From contig JAODBJ010000238.1 in NCBI GenBank assembly GCA_025463905.1, forward strand, positions 7,629 through 71,628: 64,000 nt of DNA. The letters run 5' to 3'. How positions within the stretch are numbered: position 1 is the first letter of the stretch; each line of letters begins with the position of its first letter. The DNA comes from Actinomycetes bacterium (GTDB lineage Bacteria > Actinomycetota > Acidimicrobiia > IMCC26256 > PALSA-610). Both the position numbers and the translations under genes were made by a program. The notes beneath the pieces were generated by a model. That model saw only the letters and a list, made by a program, of their open reading frames with translations, searched no databases and was not told the DNA's origin. Positions 15,320 to 23,236 of this stretch are shown here, in pieces.

Positions 15320-16707
15320 CGCGCGGCGCCTGGCTCAGCGACGAGGACGCCGCGAGCGCGGTCGAGCGACGCACACCGCTGTGGGTCTTCATCGCCACCC
15401 TCGTCGGTGGCGTTGTATACCTGCTTGGCTTCGCGTACGGCATCGCGAAGGGCGACACGAACGTCTTCGCCGGGCTAATCGTCGCGTTCCCACTCCTGTT
15501 ACTCACCGCTGCGATCGCGCGGTGGCTCGCCAAGAAAGACGGCGATCCGAGCGTGTTTCCACTCGTGATGGGCGCCGGCATCGTGAAGTTGCTGGGCGCA
15601 TTGGTGCGCTATTGGACGGCGTACTCCGTGTACGGCGGCGGTATCGACGCCAACGACTACGACCGTTGGGGTCGCACCATCGCCGACGGTTTCCGCCACC
15701 TGAACCCACACTTCGACGTCGGCGGCCGGCTCCTCGGCACCAACTTCATCAAGCTCGTCACCGGAATCGTCTACACGTTCACACCCCGGGCCCGGATCTC
15801 GGGCTTCATGTGCTTCGCGTTCATCGGGTTCATCGGCCTCATCTTCTACTGGCGCGCCTTCAAGATCGCCATCCCCGACGGCAACATTCGGAAGTACGCG
15901 CTGCTCGTATTGCTGCTGCCGTCGCTCGTGTACTGGCCGTCAGCGATCGGCAAAGACGCGTGGATGGCGCTCACGCTCGGGATCTGCGCATACGGGGCGG
16001 CGCGCTTGTCGGTGAACCGCACTGCGAGCGGCATGACCGTCGCGATTCTGGGCATCGGCGGAGTGTGCGTTGTGCGACCACACGTCGGCATCGCCGTGTT
16101 CGTCGGTCTTGGTTTCGCGTTGTTCGCGATGTGCACCCAGTGGCGCAACCTGCGGCGGCCGGTCGGGCCACTCGTCGCCGGGCTGTTGCTCGTCGTCGCC
16201 GGTTTGATCGTCGTGCAGGAGTCGAAACGATTCTTCGGGGTCGGCAGCCTGTCGAGCACGGTCATAACCCAGCAACTGAACACGACGTCGCAACTGACCA
16301 ACCAAGGCGGGTCTTCCTTCTCGCCGGTCACCGTGGGCACGAACCCGCTGAAGTTCCCGCTGGCGTTCGCCACGATCTTCTACCGACCGCTCCCGATCGA
16401 GCTGCACAACACTCAGGGCGTGATCGCAGGCGGGGAATCGTCGTTGATCTTCCTGTTCACCGCGATTTCCTGGCGCAGTATCGCTGCGATCCGTAAACGA
16501 TGGCGGACGCACCCGTACGTGTCGTACTGCATCGGGTTCATCATCCCGTTCGTGGTGATGTTCTCGGTGTTCTCGAACTTCGGGATCCTCGCCCGCGAAC
16601 GATGTCAGGCGTTACCGCTTCTGCTGGTGTTGCTGTGCCTACCGCCCGTGCGGCGCGAGGTCGACCAGGACGCGCCAATCGAATCGCAACTCGCGCTGAT
16701 CGGATGA
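15316..16707 (+). CDS. Polytopic integral membrane protein (Wzy / O-antigen-ligase-like polymerase candidate)
   Basis: ORF 14989-16707 with an in-frame ATG 15316 (ATGA overlap). There are about 10-12 hydrophobic spans and a Ser/Thr/Gln-rich loop QESKRFFGVGSLSSTVITQQLNTTSQLTNQGGSSFSPVTVG between late TMs. No soluble-domain motif was recognised. Confidence 0.55.
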   Translation: MTRGAWLSDEDAASAVERRTPLWVFIATLVGGVVYLLGFAYGIAKGDTNVFAGLIVAFPLLLLTAAIARWLAKKDGDPSVFPLVMGAGIVKLLGALVRYWTAYSVYGGGIDANDYDRWGRTIADGFRHLNPHFDVGGRLLGTNFIKLVTGIVYTFTPRARISGFMCFAFIGFIGLIFYWRAFKIAIPDGNIRKYALLVLLLPSLVYWPSAIGKDAWMALTLGICAYGAARLSVNRTASGMTVAILGIGGVCVVRPHVGIAVFVGLGFALFAMCTQWRNLRRPVGPLVAGLLLVVAGLIVVQESKRFFGVGSLSSTVITQQLNTTSQLTNQGGSSFSPVTVGTNPLKFPLAFATIFYRPLPIELHNTQGVIAGGESSLIFLFTAISWRSIAAIRKRWRTHPYVSYCIGFIIPFVVMFSVFSNFGILARERCQALPLLLVLLCLPPVRREVDQDAPIESQLALIG

Positions 16708-17609
16708 CTCGCACGCGCGCGGCAGCGATCGCCGAGCGCCTCGACGCGTACGCATGGACGTACGAGACGGCCGTGTTCGACTGCCTCGGCTTCGAGTTCT
16801 CGGTACGAACGACGGATCCCACGCTCGGCCGGTTGCTCGACACGATCTACGGCGACTGCAGCCGTCTCGCGTCCGGAACCGGCGCGCGCTACACCGTGCG
16901 GGAACGATCAGGCAACGACGGCAGCCGCTTCGTCGTGCACCGCGACGGCGAACGGGTGATCTCCACGCCCTTCGCGAGCGTGGCGCTCGACTTCCTGGTG
17001 TGGGACGTGAACCAGCGAACGGTGGCCACCGGCACCGACCACCTCCTGGTGCACGCCGGTGCCGCGGCCTGCGACGACACGGTGGTGCTCGTGCCGGGCG
17101 TGTCGGGTGCCGGAAAGTCGACGCTCGTCGCCGCGCTTGTTCGCGCCGGCTTCGGCTACATCACCGACGAAGCAATCGCCATCCACCCGACGACTGCACG
17201 GGTGACGGGCGCGCCGAAACCCATTGGGATGAAAACCGGATCGTGGCAGTTGTTCCCGCATGCACTCACCGCCGGAAGCCAAGTCGCAACGCGTTATACC
17301 GCCACGACTCGTCACCTGCCGGTAACCGCGTTTTCCGGCCGTGTCTCACGTGAACCGCTCCCCGCGCGTTTGATCGTCGTGCCGGTGTGGGACGCGAACA
17401 CGGTCGATGTCGCGTCGCCGCTTTCGCGTGCGCACACGCTGGCACTGATGGCCGAGCAGTCGTTCAACTTCGAGACGTTCGGGCCCGCGCGCCTCGGACT
17501 GCTCGCGCGCCTTGTCACCGGCTGCGCGTGTTACCAGCTCGACACCTCAGACCTCGATCGGGCGGTCGACGCGATCCGATCGCTCCTCTCGCCAGAGATC
17601 ACTGCATGA
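16704..17609 (+). CDS. HPr-kinase-related P-loop kinase (HprK C-terminal-domain-like)
   Basis: ORF 16500-17609 with an in-frame ATG 16704 (ATGA overlap). The P-loop VLVPGVSGAGKSTLVAALVRAGFGYITDE (from ~17097) matches the HprK GxSGxGKS(E/T) capping loop. At ~300 aa it is the size of a stand-alone kinase domain. Confidence 0.7.
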   Translation: MTRTRAAAIAERLDAYAWTYETAVFDCLGFEFSVRTTDPTLGRLLDTIYGDCSRLASGTGARYTVRERSGNDGSRFVVHRDGERVISTPFASVALDFLVWDVNQRTVATGTDHLLVHAGAAACDDTVVLVPGVSGAGKSTLVAALVRAGFGYITDEAIAIHPTTARVTGAPKPIGMKTGSWQLFPHALTAGSQVATRYTATTRHLPVTAFSGRVSREPLPARLIVVPVWDANTVDVASPLSRAHTLALMAEQSFNFETFGPARLGLLARLVTGCACYQLDTSDLDRAVDAIRSLLSPEITA

Positions 17610-17875
17610 ATCAACAACTGCCCAGGGCGCGCGACGCGGTCGAGCACGTGGTGATCGATGGCGAGACGGTGGTGTACGACCCCGATCGTTCGGCCTTGCA
17701 CGTGCTGAACGTAACCGCGACCGTCGTGTGGGAACACTGCGACGGCACCGGTACCGTCAGCGCGCTGGTCGACGGCCTCGCCGACGTGTACGGCGCCGAA
17801 CCCGCGGAGATCGAACGCGACGTTCGCGCCTACCTCGATGAACTCGCAGCGCTCGAGTTACTCGAACCGCGCTGA
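17606..17875 (+). CDS. PqqD-family protein (RiPP recognition element-like) no. 2
   Basis: ORF 17387-17875 with an in-frame ATG 17606 (ATGA overlap with the kinase stop). 89 aa: VVIDGETVVYDPDRSALHVLNVTATVVWEHCDGTGTVSALVDGLADVYGAEPAEIERDVRAYLDELAALELLEP, a classic PqqD/RRE pattern. Confidence 0.75.
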   Translation: MNQQLPRARDAVEHVVIDGETVVYDPDRSALHVLNVTATVVWEHCDGTGTVSALVDGLADVYGAEPAEIERDVRAYLDELAALELLEPR

Positions 17876-17877
17876 CG

Positions 17878-18498
17878 TCAGATCGACGGCGGACCGACGT
17901 AGTCGTCGGGCTCATCGTCGTCGTGACGGTGGTGCGGCGCGCCACCCGCGCGGCGCATGCCGTAGAGCACCCGACCGACGATGACCGCCGCGAGGCCGAA
18001 CAGCGCCGTGTCCTTCGCGTCGCCACCAGTGAACGGGAGGGAGCCGCCTGAGCCACTGCCGCTCGCCGCGGGATCGGGAACGGTCGTACCGCCGCCTGCC
18101 CCGCCCACGATGTTGCCGCCCGGCGACGTAAAGGTGGTCTCCGAACCAACGCCGCCGCCGCCGGTGGTGGTCGAGCCGCCCGCGCCGCTTTGATCAGGCG
18201 TGCTGCTCTCCGTCGTGGTGGAGCCGCCGGAGCCGGACGTGGTGGGGCTGCTCGTCGACGAGCCGCCGCCACCCGGTTCGGTGGTGCCGGGGTTGGTGCG
18301 AGGAGGCGCCGATCCCGGCGCCGCATCCGCATTGGCCCCGGCGAGCGCGATGCTCGTCATGCCCGGCGCAGTCCACGCGACCGCGGTCGCGGCTGCACCT
18401 ACCTGGGCGGCACGCCGCACGAACACTCGTCGCGAGACGTGCGGAGTGCTTTCGGTCAGTTTGTCGGCGGAAGGGCGCGCCTGCTTTCCAGCAGCCAT
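17878..18498 (-). CDS. Secreted Ser/Thr/Gly-rich surface protein with Tat-type signal and LPXTG sorting signal
   Basis: ORF 17878-18579. ATG 18498 is preceded by GGGGGCGAAGGTGTG (SD-like). It has the twin-arginine motif SRRVFVRRAAQVGAAATAVAW and a ~100-aa low-complexity region (GGGGSSTSSPTTSGSGGSTTTESSTPDQSGAGGSTTTGGGG). LPFTGG (18039-18025) is followed by the TM ALFGLAAVIVGRVLYG, then RR and an unusual acidic/His tail GAPHHRHDDDEPDDYVGPPSI. Confidence 0.75.
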   Translation of the reverse strand: MAAGKQARPSADKLTESTPHVSRRVFVRRAAQVGAAATAVAWTAPGMTSIALAGANADAAPGSAPPRTNPGTTEPGGGGSSTSSPTTSGSGGSTTTESSTPDQSGAGGSTTTGGGGVGSETTFTSPGGNIVGGAGGGTTVPDPAASGSGSGGSLPFTGGDAKDTALFGLAAVIVGRVLYGMRRAGGAPHHRHDDDEPDDYVGPPSI

Positions 18499-18776
18499 CA
18501 CACCTTCGCCCCCGCTCGCAGACATCCCGTACCCCTCAACCCCGCCTTCACCCCACCGGAAGGCCCGACCGGAAGGCACCCCGCAAAGGGGTCCATCCGA
18601 CGGCCGTCCCGCGAAAATCTACACCATGCGCGCGAAAACAACACCAGTCCAGACCACGCTGCGAGGTTACGAATGGATGACCAGTTGGGTCATGCGCCGG
18701 AAAAGGTACCAAACGGCCATGAACCTCGAGAACCGAGAACCCACCTACGTCGCACGCGCCAACCCATACTGATCGC

Positions 18777-19553
18777 ATGCCGGTGCACGACGTCGCGCGA
18801 CTGGGATTCGAAGATCCCGGCGACTACGAAGCGGCACGTCCTTCCTACCCGCCCGCTGCGCTCGCGTGGTTGGGAGACCAGGTCGGGATCGGTCCGGGCG
18901 CGCGGGTCGTCGACCTCGCTTCGGGCACGGGCAAGCTGACCCGGCTGCTCCGGACGCTCGGGCCGGCGCTGCTCGCGATTGAGCCGGTACCGGGGATGCG
19001 CGCGACCTTCCGGCGCGTTCTCCCCGAGGTCGCGGTCGTGGCCGGAACGGCCGAGGCGTTGCCGATCCGGGGCGAGAGCGTCGATGTCGTCACCGTTGCC
19101 CAAGCGTTTCATTGGTTCGACCACGACGCGGCGCTCGCCGAGCTTGCGCGCGTCCTTCGACCGGGCGGCCGCCTCGCGCTGCTGTGGAACGCACGGGTTC
19201 GGGATGTCGACTGGGTCGATCGCGTGTGGGCCGTGATGGACCGCGTCGAGAAACACGCGCCGTGGCGCGACCACGACAACGGGCAGGAGGCCGCGCTCGA
19301 AGCCATGTTCGGCAAGACATCGGATTTCGAACCGCTCCAGTTCGCGGTCTTCAACCACGAACACGTGCTCACACCCGAAGACGTCGTGCGACGCGTCGCC
19401 TCGGTGAGTCATGTCGCGGTGCTCCCGGCCGAAGACCGTGCCACCGTGCTCGAAGAGGTTCGCGACATTCTCGTGAGCGATCGAATGACCCGCGGCCGCG
19501 AGCACGTCGCGATCCCCTATCGCGTCGACTGTTCGTTCGCGCGGCGGCGCTGA
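18777..19553 (+). CDS. Class I SAM-dependent methyltransferase
   Basis: Motif I VVDLASGTGKLT, plus VDVVTVAQAFHWFD and LRPGGRLALLWN (Methyltransf_11-like). Confidence 0.85.
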   Translation: MPVHDVARLGFEDPGDYEAARPSYPPAALAWLGDQVGIGPGARVVDLASGTGKLTRLLRTLGPALLAIEPVPGMRATFRRVLPEVAVVAGTAEALPIRGESVDVVTVAQAFHWFDHDAALAELARVLRPGGRLALLWNARVRDVDWVDRVWAVMDRVEKHAPWRDHDNGQEAALEAMFGKTSDFEPLQFAVFNHEHVLTPEDVVRRVASVSHVAVLPAEDRATVLEEVRDILVSDRMTRGREHVAIPYRVDCSFARRR

Positions 19554-19571
19554 CGGTCGCGGGCGTGTGCC

Positions 19572-20513
19572 ATGATTTCGAGCAGCGCGCGAGCGCACAT
19601 GAAGGGAGGCAGCGTGCCGGCACTGGCTGAAACTCCAACCGGGAATCAGGGCGCGCATCGCTATCCGCTTCCGCTGGGACGGCGCATCGACCTTCCAGAT
19701 GAAGGCACGACGTTCGTACGGGAAGTCTCGGGGCCGCCCGGCGCGCCGACCCTGCTGTTGCTGCACGGGTGGATGGCGAGCGCCGGGCTCAATTGGTTCA
19801 GCGCGTTCGAGCCACTCTCACGACACTTCAACGTCGTCGCCCCCGATCTCCGCGGCCATGCGCGCGGCTTGCGTTCGCGCCGCGTCTTCCGCCTCGCCGA
19901 CTGCGCCGATGATTGCGCGTTGACACTCGAACAACTCGGAAGCGGGCCGGTGATCGCCGTCGGCTACTCGATGGGCGGGCCGGTCGCACAGTTGTTCTGG
20001 CGCCGCCACCGAGATTTGTGCGCCGGCCTCGTGCTCTGCGCGACGTCCATGGGCTTCGTGCCCGTGACACGCGACCGCATCGTGTTCACCGCGATGATGG
20101 CGGCGCTGGCGGCCACGACGCGCCTCGGCGGATGGGGCGCGACTCGTCTTCCCGGTTTGCCGAAGTTCGCGTTCGCGGCGAACCGCGCGCCGGGAAGCAT
20201 GCCCGAGTGGGCCGCGGCGGAGTTCCGCCGCCACGACTGGCGGATGATCGTCGAAGCGGGCCATTCACTCTCGACGTTCCATTCCGGCCGGTGGACCAAC
20301 GAGATCGACGTGCCGACCGCGGTCGTGGTGACCGCCGCCGATCGGGCGGTGTCACCGTTCCTGCAACGCAACATGGCGCAGTCGATCCCGAGCGCGTCGA
20401 TGTTCGAGGTCGACGACGGGCACATCGCTTGCATGCACGACACGTTCGCCGTCACCCTCACCGAAGCCTGCCTCGACGTCGCCGATCGCATCGCGTACGC
20501 GCCCTCCGCGTGA
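19572..20513 (+). CDS. Alpha/beta hydrolase
   Basis: LLLLHGWMASAGLNW (oxyanion HG), nucleophile elbow GYSMGG, and C-terminal DGHIACMH (catalytic His). The start is uncertain: ATG 19572, ATG 19599, or GTG 19614 after GGGAGG. Confidence 0.8.
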   Translation: MISSSARAHMKGGSVPALAETPTGNQGAHRYPLPLGRRIDLPDEGTTFVREVSGPPGAPTLLLLHGWMASAGLNWFSAFEPLSRHFNVVAPDLRGHARGLRSRRVFRLADCADDCALTLEQLGSGPVIAVGYSMGGPVAQLFWRRHRDLCAGLVLCATSMGFVPVTRDRIVFTAMMAALAATTRLGGWGATRLPGLPKFAFAANRAPGSMPEWAAAEFRRHDWRMIVEAGHSLSTFHSGRWTNEIDVPTAVVVTAADRAVSPFLQRNMAQSIPSASMFEVDDGHIACMHDTFAVTLTEACLDVADRIAYAPSA

Positions 20514-20591
20514 ACGCGCGCAAGATGTGGAGGGTTCGCCGCTGACGATGCGGGGAACCGTCGCTACGCTCTGACACGCCCAGGGGGAACA

Positions 20592-21992
20592 TTGCGCCGA
20601 CTCACCGGCCTCGATGCGGCATTTCTGTACGGCGAGACGCCGGCCTGGCACATGCACGTGTCCGCGTTACTCGTGGCCGACCCGTCGACGGCGCCAAACG
20701 GCTTCTCGTTCGAGCGCCTGCGCGAAGTCACGAAGGCGCGGCTACCGCAGCTCCCGCAGTTCCGGTGGAAGCTCCACCAGGTGCCGTTAGGGCTCGACCG
20801 CCCCGGTTGGGTCGAAGACGAAGACTTCGATATCGACTACCACATACGCCACATCGCCGTGCCGCCTCCGGGAGGTCCGCACCAAATCGGCGAGCTCATC
20901 GGTGACCTCGTGTCGTACAAGCTCGATCGCAGCAAACCGCTGTGGGAGATGTGGGTGATCGAGGGGCTGGAGCACGGCCACGTTGCGGTGCTCACCAAGA
21001 TCCACCATTCGATCATCGACGGCGTCTCGGGCGCCGAGCTCGCGCAGATCATTCTCGACTTACAACCCGAACCGGCACCGATCGACGTGCCGACGGTTGC
21101 GTCGTTGCACGACCAACGCGTGCCGGGCATACCTGAGCTGCTCGGGCGCGGTATCGGACAAACACTGTTGATGCCGTGGCGTATCACGCGCTACTCGGCG
21201 CAACTGGTCGCCCAGGGGCTCACGCTCGCCGGGTTCGCGCGCCGGCGTGCCACCGCGACGCTCCCGTTCCAAGCGCCGCGCACCCCGTTCAACGGCGAAC
21301 TCACGCCGCATCGCGGCGTCGCGACGGCGTCGGTGCCGCTCTCGCGCGTGAAGGTCTTGAAAGACAAGTTCGACGTGAAGCTGAACGACGTCGTCCTCAG
21401 TCTGTGCGCCACCACGCTGCGCCGGTATCTCAAAGAACGCGATCAGCTCCCCGACCAACCGCTCATCGCGCAGGTACCGGTGTCGATCCGTTCCGAGACC
21501 GACAGCGACCCGGGCAACAAGGTCGCGGCGATGTTCGCGTCGCTTGCGACGGACGTCGAGGACCCGGCGCTGCGGCTGCAGGCGACGTTTGAGAGCACGC
21601 GCAGCGCCAAGGAGATGCGCCGGGCCCTCGACGCCCGCAAGATCATGGGCCTCACCGACACGACGCCGCCGGGCCTCATCGCGCTCGCGGCCCGGATGTA
21701 CACGGCCGCGAGCCTCGACGCGCACATCCCGCCGCCGTTCAACGTGATCATCTCGAACGTGCCGGGGCCGCCGTTCCCCCTCTACATGGCGGGCGCCAAA
21801 CTGCTCTCGCTGTCGCCGATGGGTCCGCTGCTCTACGGCGGAGGGCTCAACATCACTGTCATCAGCTACATGGATCAGCTCGAGTTCGGGTTCCTCGCCT
21901 GTCCCGAACTCGTACCGGACCTGTGGTCGATCGCCGACGGCATCGAGATCGCGCTCGAGGAGCTCGAGGAGTCGGCCGGTGCCCGCAGCTGA
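20592..21992 (+). CDS. Wax ester synthase/diacylglycerol acyltransferase (WS/DGAT) family
   Basis: TTG start after AGGGGGA. N-terminal MRRLTGLDAAFLYGETP, catalytic HHSIIDGVSG (HHxxxDG), and C-terminal NVPGP...LYMAGAKL typical of the family. Confidence 0.9.
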   Translation: MRRLTGLDAAFLYGETPAWHMHVSALLVADPSTAPNGFSFERLREVTKARLPQLPQFRWKLHQVPLGLDRPGWVEDEDFDIDYHIRHIAVPPPGGPHQIGELIGDLVSYKLDRSKPLWEMWVIEGLEHGHVAVLTKIHHSIIDGVSGAELAQIILDLQPEPAPIDVPTVASLHDQRVPGIPELLGRGIGQTLLMPWRITRYSAQLVAQGLTLAGFARRRATATLPFQAPRTPFNGELTPHRGVATASVPLSRVKVLKDKFDVKLNDVVLSLCATTLRRYLKERDQLPDQPLIAQVPVSIRSETDSDPGNKVAAMFASLATDVEDPALRLQATFESTRSAKEMRRALDARKIMGLTDTTPPGLIALAARMYTAASLDAHIPPPFNVIISNVPGPPFPLYMAGAKLLSLSPMGPLLYGGGLNITVISYMDQLEFGFLACPELVPDLWSIADGIEIALEELEESAGARS

Positions 21993-22019
21993 GCGGGCGC
22001 GCGAACGCCGGCTTGCTCG

Positions 22020-23225
22020 CTACCCGGCGATGTCGCGGATGCGTTCGACGCGTTCTTCGGAATGGTTCGCGTCGGTGCCCTGGATCTGCAACAACTCTTC
22101 GCGAGTCGCGGCTGCGATCGCTTCCGCGTTTTCGTCGGCGGCGGCGAGCCGCGCTTCGATGCCTTCGGCGACGATCAGTTCTGCTTCACGCACGAGGGCA
22201 CCGACCATCTCGGCTTCAGGTACGACGCGCACCACTTTGCCGCGCACGAACAAGTGCCCTTTTCCGCGCCCCGCCGCGATGCCGAGGTCGGCCTCGCGTG
22301 CTTCGCCCGGACCATTCACCACGCAACCCATCACCGCGACCTGCAACGGAATGTTGCGGGCCTCGAGTGCGGCCTGGGCTTCGGAGGCAACGCGGATCAC
22401 GTCCACTTCGGCACGGCCACAACTGGGACACGCGATGAGGTCGAGACCTTTGCGCTCGCGCAGACCCATCGCTTCGAGCAACGTGCGGCCGGCTTTCGCT
22501 TCTTCCACCGGGTCGGCAGTGAGCGAGTAGCGGATCGTGTCGCCGATGCCCTCGGCGAGCAGCGTTCCGATACCGGCCGTTCCCTTGATCAACCCTTGGG
22601 GCGGTGGCCCGGCTTCAGTGACGCCGAGGTGCAGCGGGTGGTCGGTGGTTGCCGAGAGCAGCCGGTAGCTCTCGATCATGAGCGCCACGTTCGACGCCTT
22701 CACCGAGATCTTCACGTCGTCGAAGCCGACTTCTTCGAACAGCGACAGTTCGTGCATCGCGGAAGCTACGAGCGCTTCGGGCGTGATGCCCCCGTGCTTT
22801 GCCGCCATGTCGGGGTCGAGTGAACCGGCGTTCACGCCGATACGGATCGGCACATTGCGTTCGCGCGCCTCGGTGGCAACCGTCTTGATGTGTTGCGGGT
22901 TGCGGATGTTGCCGGGGTTCAACCGCAGCGCCTGCACACCGGCTTCGAGCGCCGCGAGCGCGAGCCGGTATTGGAAGTGGATGTCGGCGACGATCGGAAC
23001 CGGCGAGCGCGGAACGATGCGCGCGAGTCCTTCGGCCGCTTCCTCCTCGTTGCACGTGCACCGAACGATGTCCGCGCCGGTCGCCGCGAGCGCGTAGATC
23101 TGGGTGAGCGTTCCCTCCACGTCAGAGGTCTTCGTCGTGGTCATCGATTGGATGCTGACGGGCGCGCCCCCGCCCACGGGGACCTTGCCGACCATCAGTT
23201 GACGCGTCACACGGCGTTCGACCAC
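22020..23225 (-). CDS. ispG: 4-hydroxy-3-methylbut-2-en-1-yl diphosphate synthase (flavodoxin)
   Basis: ORF 22020-23672. GTG 23225 precedes RRVTRQLMVGKVPVGGGAPVSIQSMTTTKT. Also ADIHFQYRLAL, RLNPGNI, RIGVNAGSL and CPSCGR...GCVVNGPGEA (4Fe-4S Cys ligands). The 5' extension in the track overlaps rip1 and is rejected. Confidence 0.95.
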   Translation of the reverse strand: MVERRVTRQLMVGKVPVGGGAPVSIQSMTTTKTSDVEGTLTQIYALAATGADIVRCTCNEEEAAEGLARIVPRSPVPIVADIHFQYRLALAALEAGVQALRLNPGNIRNPQHIKTVATEARERNVPIRIGVNAGSLDPDMAAKHGGITPEALVASAMHELSLFEEVGFDDVKISVKASNVALMIESYRLLSATTDHPLHLGVTEAGPPPQGLIKGTAGIGTLLAEGIGDTIRYSLTADPVEEAKAGRTLLEAMGLRERKGLDLIACPSCGRAEVDVIRVASEAQAALEARNIPLQVAVMGCVVNGPGEAREADLGIAAGRGKGHLFVRGKVVRVVPEAEMVGALVREAELIVAEGIEARLAAADENAEAIAAATREELLQIQGTDANHSEERVERIRDIAG

Positions 23226-23236
23226 GAAGTCGGCCC

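Noticed and set aside
12064-17875. Interpreting the PqqD + HPr-kinase-like + nucleotidyltransferase genes as a standard lasso-peptide biosynthetic gene cluster.
   Set aside because: No asparagine-synthetase-like cyclase (C), no transglutaminase-like leader protease (B2), no ABC exporter of the McjD type, and no short precursor ORF are present in or next to the operon. There is also no intergenic space for one.
17872-17881. The CTGACGTCAG palindrome, considered as a CRE/CRP-like protein-binding site.
   Set aside because: It is fully explained by two abutting stop codons (TGA and TCA) with a CG spacer. Its significance lies only in the absence of terminator space, which is reported under the LPXTG finding.
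18626-18772. A 48-codon plus-strand sORF (MRAKTTPVQTTLRGYEWMTSWVMRRKRYQTAMNLENREPTYVARANPY) in the lower-GC intergenic region (about 58% G+C by hand count over 18601-18780). It ends 4 nt before the methyltransferase ATG. I considered it as a precursor peptide or leader ORF.
   Set aside because: It has no SD. Third-position G/C (34 of 48 by my count) is clearly lower than in neighbouring genes. It has no Ser/Thr-rich or Cys-rich core typical of kinase-modified RiPPs. This region is more simply the divergent promoter region of the LPXTG and methyltransferase genes. It remains possible but unsupported.
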